The translations under genes and the position numbers were made by a program. Below the pieces are notes generated by a model, which was not told the DNA's origin, searched no databases, and saw nothing but the letters and a program-made list of their open reading frames with translations. Below are positions 36,600-50,000 of a DNA stretch of 64,000 nucleotides, piece after piece. Source of the DNA: Klebsormidium nitens (taxonomy: Eukaryota > Plantae > Klebsormidiophyceae); the NCBI GenBank assembly GCA_000708835.1, contig DF237049.1, forward strand, positions 1 through 64,000. Direction: 5' to 3'. Each line of letters begins with the position of its first letter. Position 1 is the stretch's first letter.

Positions 36600-39500
36600 T
36601 CAATCCTTCTCAAACAACCTAATCTCTGCCATCCCCTCTCTGCGCGTCGGGGAGTACCAGCACACTAGCCTGCCCGTTCCCATCGCCCCTACTGGGCAGT
36701 CCAGGCTGTAGACAGTCTCTAACGTCTTGCCCGGTTGGAAGCCAGTGCCCGCTTGCGTCATCGAGAGCCGGGTATCCACTCGGGCCCGAAGCGGGCCAAT
36801 CACCTGCCAACAATCAAACAGCACGCCGCCAGGTTGACCATCAAAGAGCCTTTTCGTGACCTTTTTCGTGACCCTTTTCGCTGAACTCAATCTCGAATCG
36901 AAATTTCTTGAGAAGTGGAGACCCGGCTATGCGTAATTTTTACCACCTTGTGAACACCAATCTACACAGACAAAGGCTGAAAGATTTGATCTGGATGAAA
37001 GAGTGTTTTGCAAGCCAGAAAAGGTTGTTCCCCGTCACCCTGACCTGTTGCTGTGCGCTGATTGTAAGCGCAGGCACAGTCCTCCCGGAGCTTCCCCGTG
37101 CAACCGAGCCTGCCACGCCGGCTTCCGTTGCTGATTCCGCTGTGGCCGCTTCTCGGACGGAAGAGGGGCCCACGTCCAGGCGCAGGGCCAGAGAAGTGTA
37201 GTCAAAAACGGCCCGCTTAAATTCGCCCACCTGGCAAGGAAGAAGGGGGCTGCTCACAGTGAGGCCAAAGAGTCGCACTTGATTGAAGACTGCGTCCCTG
37301 AATGGCAGGGAGCGCTTGTTCGTGATTGTCAACAGCCGCAAAAGATAGCGGGATCCTTTCATTCAAAATCATGCCGTCCAAGGCGGATACAGCTGTGGGG
37401 CCACGAACCGTTAGTAGCAAAAAGAAGTGAACAGTTGAGAGAGGGGGCCGCGTCTGTCTCGATACGCCAATCAGAGAGATTTTCGTTGGAAAACGGATTT
37501 TTTTCCAAAGTCCACAGCAGAGTTAGTCAAATCAGCCAACGTGTTGCCTGCTCATGGAGTGTCTGATAAGGGGACAAAGAAAGCTCTTCATAAAAGACAG
37601 AAGAGTATCAGACGCGACTCTCGAGGAACGAAAGTTGCCGCACCTGCCCATGGATTCCAAACGAGCCAAACAGGGCCGTCGAAACTGGGAAGCTCTTTGG
37701 AACCGAGCTCTTGTCATCCGATAGGTAGGCCCAGACGTTTTCGGTGGTCACGAGCGTACCCACACCCCCTGAAACGACGAGCCGGGGCCGGGCTGCAATG
37801 GGGTTGTAGGATGCCCCTCTTCTCCGCTGGAAGCCACGAAACGACCAGTACTTCAGATACCTTCGGTCAAGTGGAAAACAGAAATACCAGCCCTCTTGCG
37901 GCTTCAATCGATGACCTGAGTCTTTGGCGAAAGCTAGTGACGCTTCTCTGCACGTCAGGTCACGCATTGGCCCCTGGTTGCATCAGCTTTGGCAGCGAAT
38001 CCTACTGTGCATGATTGTTGGTATCTTTCGAGGGCTTTGTAGGTACCTCCGCGCAATTCAAAGGTAGCATAAGGGCAGGTGCTTCGAACATGGCCGGCAA
38101 GACAATCGGCAGAACACTCACCCGCGCTGGGTCCGCCCGCCAGAGGGTGACGGTGTTCTCGAGGGCAACGGCCGCCTGTGCCCGCGTGCCGTAGGCTGAG
38201 CTGGGAGGAAGCACATCAAAAGGCCTGCACGAAGCATGTCCAACGTTTCAGAACCTGACTTCAGCAGATAATGAGAAGATGCATATAACGGACGTCCAGA
38301 GCGAGCGTCTGGTTGAACCGGGTGGCTTACGGAACGAACATAGAAAGTAAGGAGAAGATGCAAGTGAACGACTTGCAAAGCAAGCGATTGGTCAAACCTG
38401 GTGTCAGTGCAGTAGGACATAGATTGGACCACACGTGCAAAAGGCAGGTATTCATAATCTGAAGGAGTTGAAAAAGCCAGTTCAACCGTTCGCATCGAAA
38501 GTAAAGCGCAGCCAATCAAAAACTGCCTGGGATTCCTCACCCGTAACCGCTGCCGGGTTGAGGCGATGCTATATGGTGAACGCCGACTCTGTACCGCAGC
38601 CCAGACTGGGGTCCATCGGAGGCAAGGTCTAGCGAGAGGGAGGATGGCACGTCCCAGTAGTTGGACTGCTGGTCGAGGCAGCGGTCGTTGAGGGCCCCCT
38701 CAAGGGTCACGTGGTGGGCCTTCAACTGCAGGCACACCAAATTATCTTGACATGCTCTCTCAAGACTTTGTTTTCAGGGGGAGGACCTGAGCCGCACAGA
38801 TGTCGAGTCAACATTTGCCCGATTTTCGAGGCTTTGTTATCGGGTTTCAGCCAGCAGTCACATCTGTACAGCATTCGGCAATCCTTATATCGTCGCAGGA
38901 AGGCTACAAATTGAAGACCTGGCTTTCTTTCTAAGTTTGTGTTAGAAATTATTTTTAGAGGATTTGTTGGGTTCATCTCCGGATACGGGGAGGAGGAACT
39001 CTCTGTGCAAAAGTAGATGGACCGCGGCCCATGAGACAATGAATTACGGCAGTGTAGAGGGACTTCAAATCAAGAAACCAGGCCGACCTGGCGCCTGCAG
39101 GTCACCCTTCCACGCAAAGGCAGATTCCTGTTGCCGGAATCCCCCCCTCGGTTGCTGCCCCTCTTGAGGTCCTCCAAGGACTCCACCTCCAGATTCCCCC
39201 TCAAGGTCGTAATGTCGTCAATCGTAGACCTCGCCTTGACTGCAAGGCCGTAGTTTGAGAAGTCCCGCAGGGCCTTGAACGGTCGCTTGACGAACTTCTC
39301 CAAATTATCGTCCTCATCTTCAGCGTCTCCCTGGGGCTTCTGCCACAGCCGCTGCAACCGGAGCCGGCCAGTCAGAGTGGCCCACCTGCATACATTTGGT
39401 CAGATGTGAACAGGCAGTCACAATCGTTGGATGCGTTTCTTGCAATGGCATGATTGAGTTTACTGTTAGTGGCGCCGGACTTAGTCACAACAAATGATGT

Positions 39501-40073
39501 TTGAATCACGGTTGATTAATGCTTCTCATCACATGTAATGCAGCTCTCTCTTCACAAGTGTTGTTTGCTTTGGCTCCAGGGCAAGAATTTAAACAAAAGT
39601 CTGGACAATTCCTCTACAGAAAGTGGAGTTCATGAAGCAGGCAAGTGTTATGGCGCTGCATTTGGAGATGCTGTCATCACCCGCCTGTTCTTCACTTTGA
39701 TACTAACTTCCTCAGGCCCCTCTCAGACAGCAAATGCACATGACACATGCATGACAACCTGATGCTGCACGCCTGTGCTTGCTGCACCACTCATGTCAAC
39801 TCACCAGTCTCTGCCCCCAGTGTAGGCAAGCACTCTGTCTAGCACCACACCGCCTTCCTCCTCAACTTCCGCACAGAATGATGGTGTGGCAGGACATGCA
39901 AGGACCTTCTGAAGGAGAAGCAGCTGCTGAGGTCGGCTCAGCTTCGTGGGCTGGCGGATGCCAAGAGGAGCTGGCTCATTTGGCAATGTTCTCGCTACTG
40001 TGTCTAATGAGCGGGCCGACTCAATCTCCTGATTCCAGAACTGCGCGGCAAACAAGAAGCGTGGAGGATCCAT
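36600..40073 (-). CDS. TGD4: TRIGALACTOSYLDIACYLGLYCEROL 4-like chloroplast outer-envelope lipid-transfer beta-barrel protein
   Basis: Exons (minus) 40073-39805, 39385-39088, 38725-38541, 38200-38122, 37826-37644, 37230-37045, 36803-36600. Segments collinear with Arabidopsis TGD4 as I recall it: ARTLPNEPAPLGI..TKLSRPQQ, VLDRVL, NYWDVPSSLSLDLAS...SGLRYRVGVHH, GQVGEFKRAVFDYTSLALRLD, ISAQQQVIGPLRARVD, VCWYSPTRREGMAEIRLFE. Confidence 0.88.
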
Positions 40074-40989
40074 CGTCCTGAAGGGGGAACCTTGCAGCAG
40101 GGCCCAGGGACCGAAATGCCAACAATGCCTACATACCTAGGTAGGCTCTAGCTGTCATGAAGTGTCACTTCACTTGCACAATTTGCAAATTCTTTGTACT
40201 TGTAGTAAGACCGAGTTCAAGACTAAAATCCTAACTCCGTGAATGCTCATACGCACCTTGAATGCACCTGAAAAGTGGCGGGAGCAAGCATGAGTTCACC
40301 CGCAGAGCCGCAACTTTTAGATATCAAATTGTGCCAACCTAAGAAGGATACGAGAAAGGACGAGCTGGAGCCAACGAGGATTTGCATTTCAATTCAAACA
40401 CATATAGAGGCAAGATAGATTTGTGGCAATAATACCGTATACGTCCTCCGATTTGCGCAAGTACTTATACATTCATGACCGCCATGCATTCATATGACGA
40501 CTCCATTGAGACTGGAGCGTTTTCACATCTTCGCATATTTCTTCGGATATCAGAAATATCAACTGAGCTATGACATTGATGAAATTCGATCATATTCTGT
40601 CTCTTGAGAATTTTCTCTGTACCGTAGGTATTACCTTGCAATGCAGTCTAGACCCAGCCTCGCAAGAGTCACGACTCACGACGCAACCTCGATCGCTCAG
40701 TTCATGAACAGGGAGAGAAGGACTCGTCAATGTTATGAAGAAGGAATCCTGCAACTTCAAGGGCCTGCTGGCATGCTTGAGCTTAATGAAAAGTGCGCCT
40801 CTGAATGTTTGTGACCGTCTGCTGAGGGAGAGTATCGTGTCAGCATGAGGAGTGCGGTTGAAGCTTTTGTTTCGCTTCAATAGTGAACGTCGTGCACAGT
40901 TTGTGAGGAGCTAGCCCTACTGATTGAATGCCGCATCGGATGCCGGCACCGAAACCTTGCAATCCCTCCCTATGAGGTCACCTTAGAGC

Positions 40990-41001
40990 TTCCACGTGGA
41001 A
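40990..41001. promoter_or_regulatory. Palindromic G-box (TTCCACGTGGAA) just upstream of the predicted start of the giant gene
   Basis: Perfect 12-bp palindrome containing CACGTG, ending 13 nt before the ATG at 41015. Function is not shown. Confidence 0.3.
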
Positions 41002-41014
41002 GCAGTCATTGAAG

Positions 41015-44000
41015 ATGGCCGATGCAGGTACGCATTCAACCTTTTCTGCACAGTGTGGTGCAAGCATTAGCTTCTTGAGGTTGCTTTGCTCTGTCGATTG
41101 GAGTCATTCATTGCAGCTTGGCTGCCTGAGTTTGGGCGCCTCTTTGACTCGATGACCATTGAGCTGGTAGAAGGTCTGATGGACATTCTTGTCGCTTGAG
41201 AGGTTCATTACAAGTCCCTTCAGGCTCTTGTGCTTGTCTGACTCCGAAGCATGGCCTTGTGACCGAGTCCCCCGCACACCAGCCGTGCACTTTATCAGTC
41301 TCTTCTTCAACCATTGCCATTCGTACCCGGCATCCCACATTGGCCATGCCAGTGATAAGCTTCCGTTGTGGCACCACCTAGTTCACGGTCATATGATATA
41401 CCTACAAGAGCATTAGGGACGCTGGAGGATTGAGGAAGAAGTTTGGCAGCAGCCTCGCTTGAGAAGCTCTCTTGTCTGTAACCTTGAAGCAGGTTTGAAG
41501 CGTTTGTTGAAGACTACCGAGGTGGTAGGAGAGTGCGGAATCCAAATGCTGCGTCATATTGGTGCACGTCATAACGAGCTCACTAAGGATTGAGGCTGAA
41601 AGCAAGGTGTCTGAAACGTGGTCGTTTGTTGTCCTTTGTACATTCTGCGTCCCGCCACCTGTGTTTGCATTGGACACTTTTCTGAAAGCGTGGCTCACGC
41701 TGTTCCAGGTGCACCCCGCGGCGATGTTTTGCCTGGCGGCAAGGCGTTGGGCCACGACGCCCCATCCACCAGCTTTGCGTCCAGCCTTCTGTCTGGCCCT
41801 TTTGGGGTGGGGGACATCGGGGCGCGCCGGCTCGCCCCCAGCGAGAATGCCGCCGACTGCGTGGCGCGGCTGCACGGCGCCATCAAAGACAAGGACCTGC
41901 CGGCGATGGGGGAGCTCCTCCTGGAGCTGGCGGACTGCTACATCAGCACAGTGGCCTCAAGCCCCGAGTCCATGGTGTCGGCGGCCAGGGTTGTGCATGA
42001 GGCGGCCAAGTTGGAGCTGGTCACGCAGGGCAAGCAGAGCAAGGGGGCTGCCAAAAAGGGCAAGAAAGGGGCCGGGGGGGTGGGGCCGACCGCAAGCGTG
42101 GCGAGCGTGCTGCTGCCGTCGTTGGGAGGGGGGAGTGCGGGGGTAGAAAAACCGGCGAAGCAGGCCGAGGCTGCAGAAAGGGCTGCCAGGCTGGGTGGTG
42201 CAGACGGGCCGGCAAGCGGTGTCGCTCCGTCAACCAGCCAGCAAGAGGCAGCCAAAGAGACGGAGGGGCCGGCAGACGGCAGCTCCACAAGGGAGCCTAC
42301 CGAGCAAGCTGGAAAGGACGAGCCGGTTGCGGAAAAGACAGGCACTGAGGCGCGAGAGAGTGTGATGAAGGAGCGAAAGATTGTGCCGAAGAAGAGGATT
42401 CGGCGGTTCACGTCGGTCGGCGAGGAGGGGAGCCGGACGAAGCTGGCGGGGAACAAGCGGCTGAGCTCCGAGATGGACGAGGACGAGTTACCCGGCAGGG
42501 ACGGGTCCCTCGCAGTGTTTGAGATTGGGAGCAGCGGCGGGGGAAAGGAGGGGAGCTCGAGCAGGGCCGACGTGTCCAGCAGCGAATCAGGGCCAGCTCT
42601 CAAAACCACTCCTGTGTCTAGCCACGGTGCTTCGAGCAGCGGGGGGAGACTGCCTGGCAGTGGCCAGGCAGGGACTGGCGCACCCACAAGGGATGATTGG
42701 CAGAACCTGAGTCAGACGTTGATGCCCCTGGCGAACGGCAAGGTGGCGAGCAATGACCCTCTCTGGGGCCTTGCGTCATCGCTCGTCGCGCAGGAGCACA
42801 CCATCCCGGTGACTGCGCGGGCGATCTTCAAGGCCTTCTCGGGCCTGGTGATGGCCATCTGCCACACCCCGGAGGGCAAGTCCAACAAGAACCTGTCGGC
42901 GGAGGTGTATGCTGCACTCACGGAGACCGCGGTTGAGGTGCTGCACATCCTCAAGGGGCAAAAGCTCCTCGCGTTTGCGCTCCGCTTCCTGGGGGCCATC
43001 TTCCCACCCAAGAGCAACTCCTCAACCGGGGTTGGGGCGCTCGGTGGGGCTGCAAACAAGGGGGCAAAAGCAGCAGCCAAAGTCGCGTCCCCGGCTCCGA
43101 AAGTGGGGACCCCCGCAAAGGTTGCAGGCACCCCGCCAGCCACAGTCGGCACGCCAGCCAAGTCTACTCCCGCTGTGATCGCTTCTGGAGTCCCGGCAGA
43201 CTATGTGCACAGCATGAGTATAACCGCACCTCTCAAGGCGCTCATGGGGGGTGCGGCGCTGCCGTCGCCTCTGCAAAACCTGGCAAGCGGGTCTCCCTCC
43301 AGCATGGCGCTTAAGGCACGGGGGATTCGCGCCGTGGCGGCAGTGGCGTTTGCAGCGACGGCGCCTGTTGTTGCAGAGAAAGCGGTCAAGGCGATTGTAA
43401 ACTCGCTCAACTCGCAGCAGCCAGAGCTTGTTTCGACAGGGGAAGGTAGGACCAGCACTTTTGTTTGAGGACGCAAACGAAGACCTGTGTCACTGTTTGC
43501 TGGTCGTCCGGTCCCCATGTTTCTTGTTGGGAACTGGTCAGCTGGCAGAGTAGACGATCGGTTTGCGGAAACTTCTATGGAAGAGCGTGTGAAGCAGTCC
43601 CTCTATGACGTCGATTTTAGGAAGGAAGGCTGATTTGCTTTATCTTGTTGCAGCATTGGGAGCCATCACCACGCACTTGTCCTCCGCTAGCTTAAAGACG
43701 GTCTGCGAGGACGCCGTCAACTTCACGGTGTACTCCATGGGGAGATTCCCCGAAGCGAGCACTATTCAGGTATTGTATGCGCTTGTTTACAACACGGCCA
43801 GCCCGTTTCTACTGCCACTCTGCTATTGCGTTATAAGGGGGAATTGCCCCTTCTTGTGTATATGTGCAAGGCAAGTTCTGCCAGCGCCTCCCCTAAAGAA
43901 CTGCTCCTCAGAATCTCATGCAGAATCCTTTTCTCGTCCAGGTAAGCGGCTGCATAGCGCTGGCGTCGCTGACCAAGACCGTCAGCTCCACGGTCCTCTT

Positions 44001-47000
44001 CAGCGCCTGGTCTGCCGCCACTGCGGCGATGCAGCACCACCCGGAAGACCTCCGTGTGCAGCGGGCGGGCTGCACTGCTCTACACAACATCAGCTCCCTC
44101 GTTTCATTGGCCACACCCGAGTGGGTCAGCCCCAAGCGGCCCCTGTGGGCGACCAGGGACAACGACAGGTCAGCTATCTCCCCATGCTACGGCTGCGCAA
44201 GCTCGAACAGATTGAATGAGAAACGGAGAGCCTTTTTGGAAGCGTACTTTCCATTGCATTAATATCGCAATTTGGAACGACTATCTATAGTTGTACCACT
44301 TTAGTGAGGTACGTCCGTGGATGCTTTGGTTCGCCAATCACGATACGTCACACTCCGACTGTTCGCCCTTCTCAAAGTCGAACTCCGGCCTTGTGCAGGG
44401 AGGAGGCCGCGCAGTGGCTGCTGGCGGCCATGGCCCGCTTCCCGGATGACATCCGCGTACAGTGGCAGGGCTGCCACGTACTGACGACGCTCCTCCAGAG
44501 CGCGGGCCTGCGCACCGTGCTCTACGTCGCAGGCCGCGGCGGCATGGGCGCCATCGCGCGCGCCATGCGCATGTGCAAGAAGAACGAGGCGCTCATCCAG
44601 CAGTGCTGCAGCGCGCTGGCGGCGCTCGTGCAGGCCGCACAGGAGGCCGGGGGTGACGTCATCCGACGTGAGGGTGGGGCGCAGGCGGGGATCCCTTCCC
44701 CAGCAGACGCGCTCGGGTTGGGGGCGTTCTCGGGGATGGTTCCAGCAGCGGCCGGGCCCGCCAGTAGTCTGGCGAAGCCGGTGGCGGCGAGGGAGGGAAC
44801 GGCGCACACCGCGGTGAACACGCAGGGGAGCTACGGGTTGGACCTGTTGCGGGCGGTTGCGGGGGACTTGGTGGATCTGCCGGCGGTGCTCGGGGCAGAT
44901 GTTGCGGGGCTGCAGGGCCTGGGGGGTAGGGAAGGGGCCAAGTCGGGGGGCGGCGATGCGTTTCTGTCGACGGACAGCAGCAAGGAGTTTCTGAAGAGCA
45001 ACCGGGGGAGGACGGGGCAGCGGAAGCACAACGGGAGCGCCCAGAACGACGCGCCGACGGGGGAGGAGTGGTCGGAGGCGCTGCGGGCGGTGGTGGGGGC
45101 CATGAAGCAGTTCCCGAAGCTGAAGCTGGTGCAGTCGAACAGCTGCCTGCTGCTCGGGACGGCGGCCAGGATGATCCCCAACGATCTGGCGCAGATCCTG
45201 CCGGCACAGGTACAGGTTTTCCATTTAATCACCGTGTTGGGAAGCAGAGCATCGAAAACAGAGATGATACTTGGATAGATGGGTGACTGATTTGCAAGAT
45301 ACTCTCTTCGCTGCAAGCTTGGATATGGGCAGGGGTGCAGACACTTTAATAGTTGGACGGGCCTGAACTTTCCTTCTTCAGGGGCTTGACGCCTTATGCC
45401 CCAACTAAAATCAGACCTGGGTTAGGTTCCGCCAGCCTCCATGTCTCTATCAACTAAACGAAGCTTGACCCTTTCTTGCTCCGCAGGTGCCTTTCGAGGA
45501 GGGCCTCGGCCTGCCCGCCGTAGACGAGAAGCACCTGCTGATCGACCAGGCAATCGACGCAGTTGTCGCGGCCATGGACAACCATCGCGAGGACGAGATC
45601 GTGCAGCCGTGGGGGGCAGCCTTTCTGGCGCAGGCCTTCCTGCTGTACACTACCCCCTCGCGTGCGGGCCAGATCATTGCTCAAGAGCACTCCCGCCGCG
45701 TCCAGTCCACAACCTCCGACGCGCAACCCTCGGCCGTGCACTCCGACATGGCAAGCAGTAGCAGTCAGAGTAACCCCATCAACCCTGTGCTTCCCAATCT
45801 CGACTCGGCCAACGGCGCCGCCGCGGCGCGCACAGCGAAAGGCAAAGCCCCGCTGGAAGCGTCGCCGCAAACCCGGGACCCATCAGGCGCTGTTGGGGCG
45901 AGGGTAGGCGATGTGCCCTACTACGGGCAGGACATCGACGCACTCCCCGGTGCGTTTATGGCGGCAGCAATCCGTGCGAACTTGAAGAAGGCGTGCAAGG
46001 CGCTGCTGAAACTGGCGGGGCTGCTGGAGTCCAACACAGACGCTGCGAGCAACAGCCTGCGGCGGGGCTGGTGCGAGGCGATGGAGATCATGGTGTGCAC
46101 CTTTGGGCGGCTCTCGCTGGACGTCGAGCGGGGCCTTGTCGCCGCCAAGTGGACCCAGTTCAGCCTGGAGAACCACCAGACGCAGGGCCAGTTGCGGGGC
46201 CCGGCAGACGGCCCGCAGCCGCTCAGCGAGCAGAATCCGCAATTGCCCCCGTTCAGCTTTCCAGACCCGGCCGCGCTTGGGCTTGGGACGAGCGCGGGGA
46301 GCCCTCTCTCATTGCCCGCCGGCCAAAACCCTTTCCCGGCGGCTCTCGGCTTCCCGTCGTCCTACTCTGTCAGCCACATCGAGGTGACCACGTATATTGC
46401 CGCGCTGTCAAACGCGGCCGCCATGAGCGCAGGGGGCAGCCAGCTCTTGCCTGCGTTTCTGGGAAACGGCCTGGGGTTCAACCTCGAACCCCAGGCTCTG
46501 GCAGCCGCGCTGGGGGGCGGTCCCGCTCTAAACCCACTCTCGAACCCGCCCACCAACCCACCTGCAAATCTGCCCGCCCCCACCACCTCGATTGAGAGCA
46601 ACGCCAGCCCCAGCAAGGCCTCTTCCTCCTCCTACACTCTGGCAGGGGGGTCGTCCCGGCCCGCAACCACCCTGCACGCAGCCACCAACATCCCCCCTGC
46701 TCTCACAAACTTCGGCACCCCCGCATCCGCGCCCTGGCAGCAGGGCGCCTCGTTCACCAACTTTGGGCTGACCCATTACAGCCAGTCCGCTGAGGAGGAG
46801 GACACGTGGAAGGCCCTGGCGCGATTCTGCCGAGACTATGCGGTGGAGGAGTGGCGGCTGGCGGCGCACCTGACGGGCCAGACGGCCAAGCCGCTCGGGT
46901 TTAAGGCGCACCTGCTGAACGTGCTCAGCATCGCCACCAAGAGCCTGACCGTGCAGGACGATGCTGACGTCATGCACTCGCTGTGCCTGCTCATCACCGA

Positions 47001-50000
47001 AATCTTCCTGGTGAGTCGGCGTGGTTCTGAGAGTTGCCGCTGTATCGTACTAACATCTTTCAGACGGTGCGGAAGTGTTCAGGTTTTCAAGGACGAGGGT
47101 GCTTCATTCTTTGGGGTCTGCCTAGAAGCAGTGAAACTGAAGAGCTTCGCCCGGATTCTGCAACCGCAGCAAGTTGCATAATTCAGCAGAAGGCGTCTTC
47201 GCATGGGCCCAGAATGTCGGAGATTGTAGTGCGCACAGGTCGGTTGGAGAACTTGGTACCAATTTCCTGCTCTTAGCACTCATAGCCGTCACGTCTACTG
47301 TAGGTCTGGGAGCACCTCCACTCTGGCGGGAACATCGTTGCCCTCCACGCTGCTGCCAAGGCCTCCTTAGAAAAGTCCTCTGGCAGCGGGGGGGCCTCCT
47401 CCCACGACGATGCATCCGAAGTGCTCAGAGCGAACGGCCTAGCGACCCCGAAATCGCAGCCTGGCAGCTCGCTGGAGGACAGCTTCGAGCTCCGCTCCGC
47501 AAGTAATAGCGCAGGGAGCTCGGGCGGTGACGTCAGCACTTCGGGGACTGTGGCCGCGGACCGGTCGCAGGTCGGCAAAAGCAGCGAAGGCGATGCGAGC
47601 GGCAAGACTGCAGGGCCGGGAGACGGCGTGCGGGCGCAGACCAACGCAGCGGCCTCGACGAGCGGCATGCCGGAAATCGCAGAGAGTAGCACTTCGCGAA
47701 AGGCTGTGCGGCAAAAGGGTGCGGAAAGTAGCAAGCAGCCTAGCTTGGGGGCTCGGGGCCCGAAGCTGGGGACACGGAACACGTCTTCGAGTGCACCGTC
47801 AACCACGGGAAAGCCACCGACGGGTGTAAAGAAGCCCCACCCGGCCGGGCTGGAGCTCCCTATTCCTGTCAGCTTGCAGGAGCGGGGTTCGCAGCCCGGG
47901 GTGTTTACTACGGACGCGGGAGTGGGCGACATGATTGAAGCGGTGCTCTACTTGACGGCCATGGACGGGCACTTCGAGGCGCTGGCGGCTGCCCTCGAGG
48001 CGCTGCACAACTGCCTGCTGGTGGCGGCACGGCCACAGGAGGTGAGCAGCGGCGCGGGTCGATGTGCTGCCCGGCTTTCAGTACCTCTCCTTCTGACTTT
48101 CTCTGCGCTCTTTTCGTCTCTGAGCTCTCAGCAAGTTTCTTGTCTTCCTTCTATTCCTGCCGTCGAAAGCTTTTTCAAATTTTGTTTGATTGACTTCTTT
48201 TTCGTTGTTTTCTGCACGAGGCCCGATCTTGAATCCGATCATCTTGTCCGACCTGGAGGCTTCTCTTCTGCGAGCAAGGTCGATCTTCTCGTTGGGAATC
48301 CGGGGAATTTGACCCATCCATTGAAAATGTCTTCATGCTGTTTCGTGACACATCTGTGCAGCTATGTGTTTGCCATGTCGGAGCCTGCATCCCATGGAAG
48401 AAGACGAGCAGCGCAACTGAGAAGCCGTTTCGTTGAGAGTATCTCCCGCAAGTGATAGTTTCTAAACCCCCTCTCCCCACTGTGCCAGGTGGACGAGTTC
48501 TTCGGCATCAACAGCGACGGCTGCAAAGCGACCGACATCCTGGCCGCGCTCAAGAAGGCCATTGCCAAACCCCCCATCAAGATCACCGCCGAGACGTCCC
48601 CCGACGTCATTCGCGAGCAGGACGGCCGCCGCCGCGTCGCCTTCGAGGCGCTGCTAGTCCTCAAGGCGGTGTGCGACAAGAACGTGGCGGCGCAACTAGA
48701 GGTGGCCGTCTTCGAGGGCATCGACCTCGTCTTCGACGCGTTCGACAAGTACCGGGACGACGAGGAGATGAAGGACGCGGCGATGAAGGTGCTGGGGCTG
48801 GAGGAGGAGCTGTGGCGCAAGAGCGCGTGCGTGCAGGCGCTGTGGGCGGCGCTCAAGGCCAACCGCCAAAAGTACCTGGCGGAGCGGTCCAAGGGGCTCG
48901 CCAAGAAGAAGAAGAAAGCGGGCGGCAAAGCGGACCCGAAGCAGGGGCCGAAGCGGCCCGGCGGGAAGCGGGAGGTCGGCGACGAGGACCCGGAGGAGAA
49001 GGTGCGGGGGGTCGCCACGGCGGGGATCAGTGCGACGCGGTGGCAGGAGATCGCGGAGATTGTGGCAGGGGAGCTGCACGACGACTTCCCGCGGCGGTGG
49101 GGCGGCCTGCGCACCATCGACGACCTGCTGTCTAAGGAGGACTTTTACAGCATGCTGGGGCTGTTCCTGGAGGACCGCAAGCTGGCCGTCGAGGAACTCA
49201 TCGGGAAAGACCTGGACACGGGGAAGGGCGCCGAGCCCGCCGTGAAGTACCTGCAGTGGATCATCCAGGGGCACCCCGACTGCGGGACGGTGCACCTGGG
49301 CCTGCTGCGGACGGCGATCTTGTACGACGAGGACGAGTACCTGCCCGGGTCGGGGCCCAATGCTGCCGTCAAGCTGCTGCAGTACCTTAACGAGAAGCAG
49401 GCCAACTGGTCCGAGGAGCAGCCCACCAATTCACAACCCCCTCAGCCCCACGAAACCGGCGGCTCTCACGAGCCCTCTCCAGCGAAAGCGTCCAAGGCGC
49501 AAGCCCCCTCCAAAGCTTCCACTTCGGCCGCGCCCCCCCCAGCGCAGCCTCTTGTTCCGCAGTGGCAGTTCCCCTCGCTTCCCACGCACCCCTACATGGC
49601 CGGCTTCAGCGCACCCCCCTCTGGCGCGAAAGCGTTCCCCACCCCCGCCGACATCCTCTCCTCATGGGCGTCCCTTTTCACCGGTGCGTCGTCCCCGTTT
49701 CGGCACGCCCCGTCGTGGTCCCCCCTCTCGGCGTCGAACCAGAGGGCGGTGGGCCCTGCCGCAACGGTGTTTGCGCAAGCCCAGCTGTGCGAGCTGCTCG
49801 GTCACTTGAGCTGCGACTGGGAGGACGAGCTGATCGAGGGGGGGTGCATCGGGGCGGTGCTGGATGCAATGGAGGCGGTCTGGTTCTGGCGCGACGTCAA
49901 GAGCATGGCCACGCTGCTGCCGCACGACGAGCGGCTTGCGCACAAGATGCGGGACCTCCAGGTGGGGCAGATGAAAAACGGCTCTCTGGCGAATTACGAG

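Noticed and set aside
40344-40351. Minus-strand GTATCCTT (U12 donor consensus) upstream of TGD4
   Set aside because: No TCCTTAAC-type branch point precedes the acceptor next to the TGD4 ATG, so a U12 intron is unsupported.
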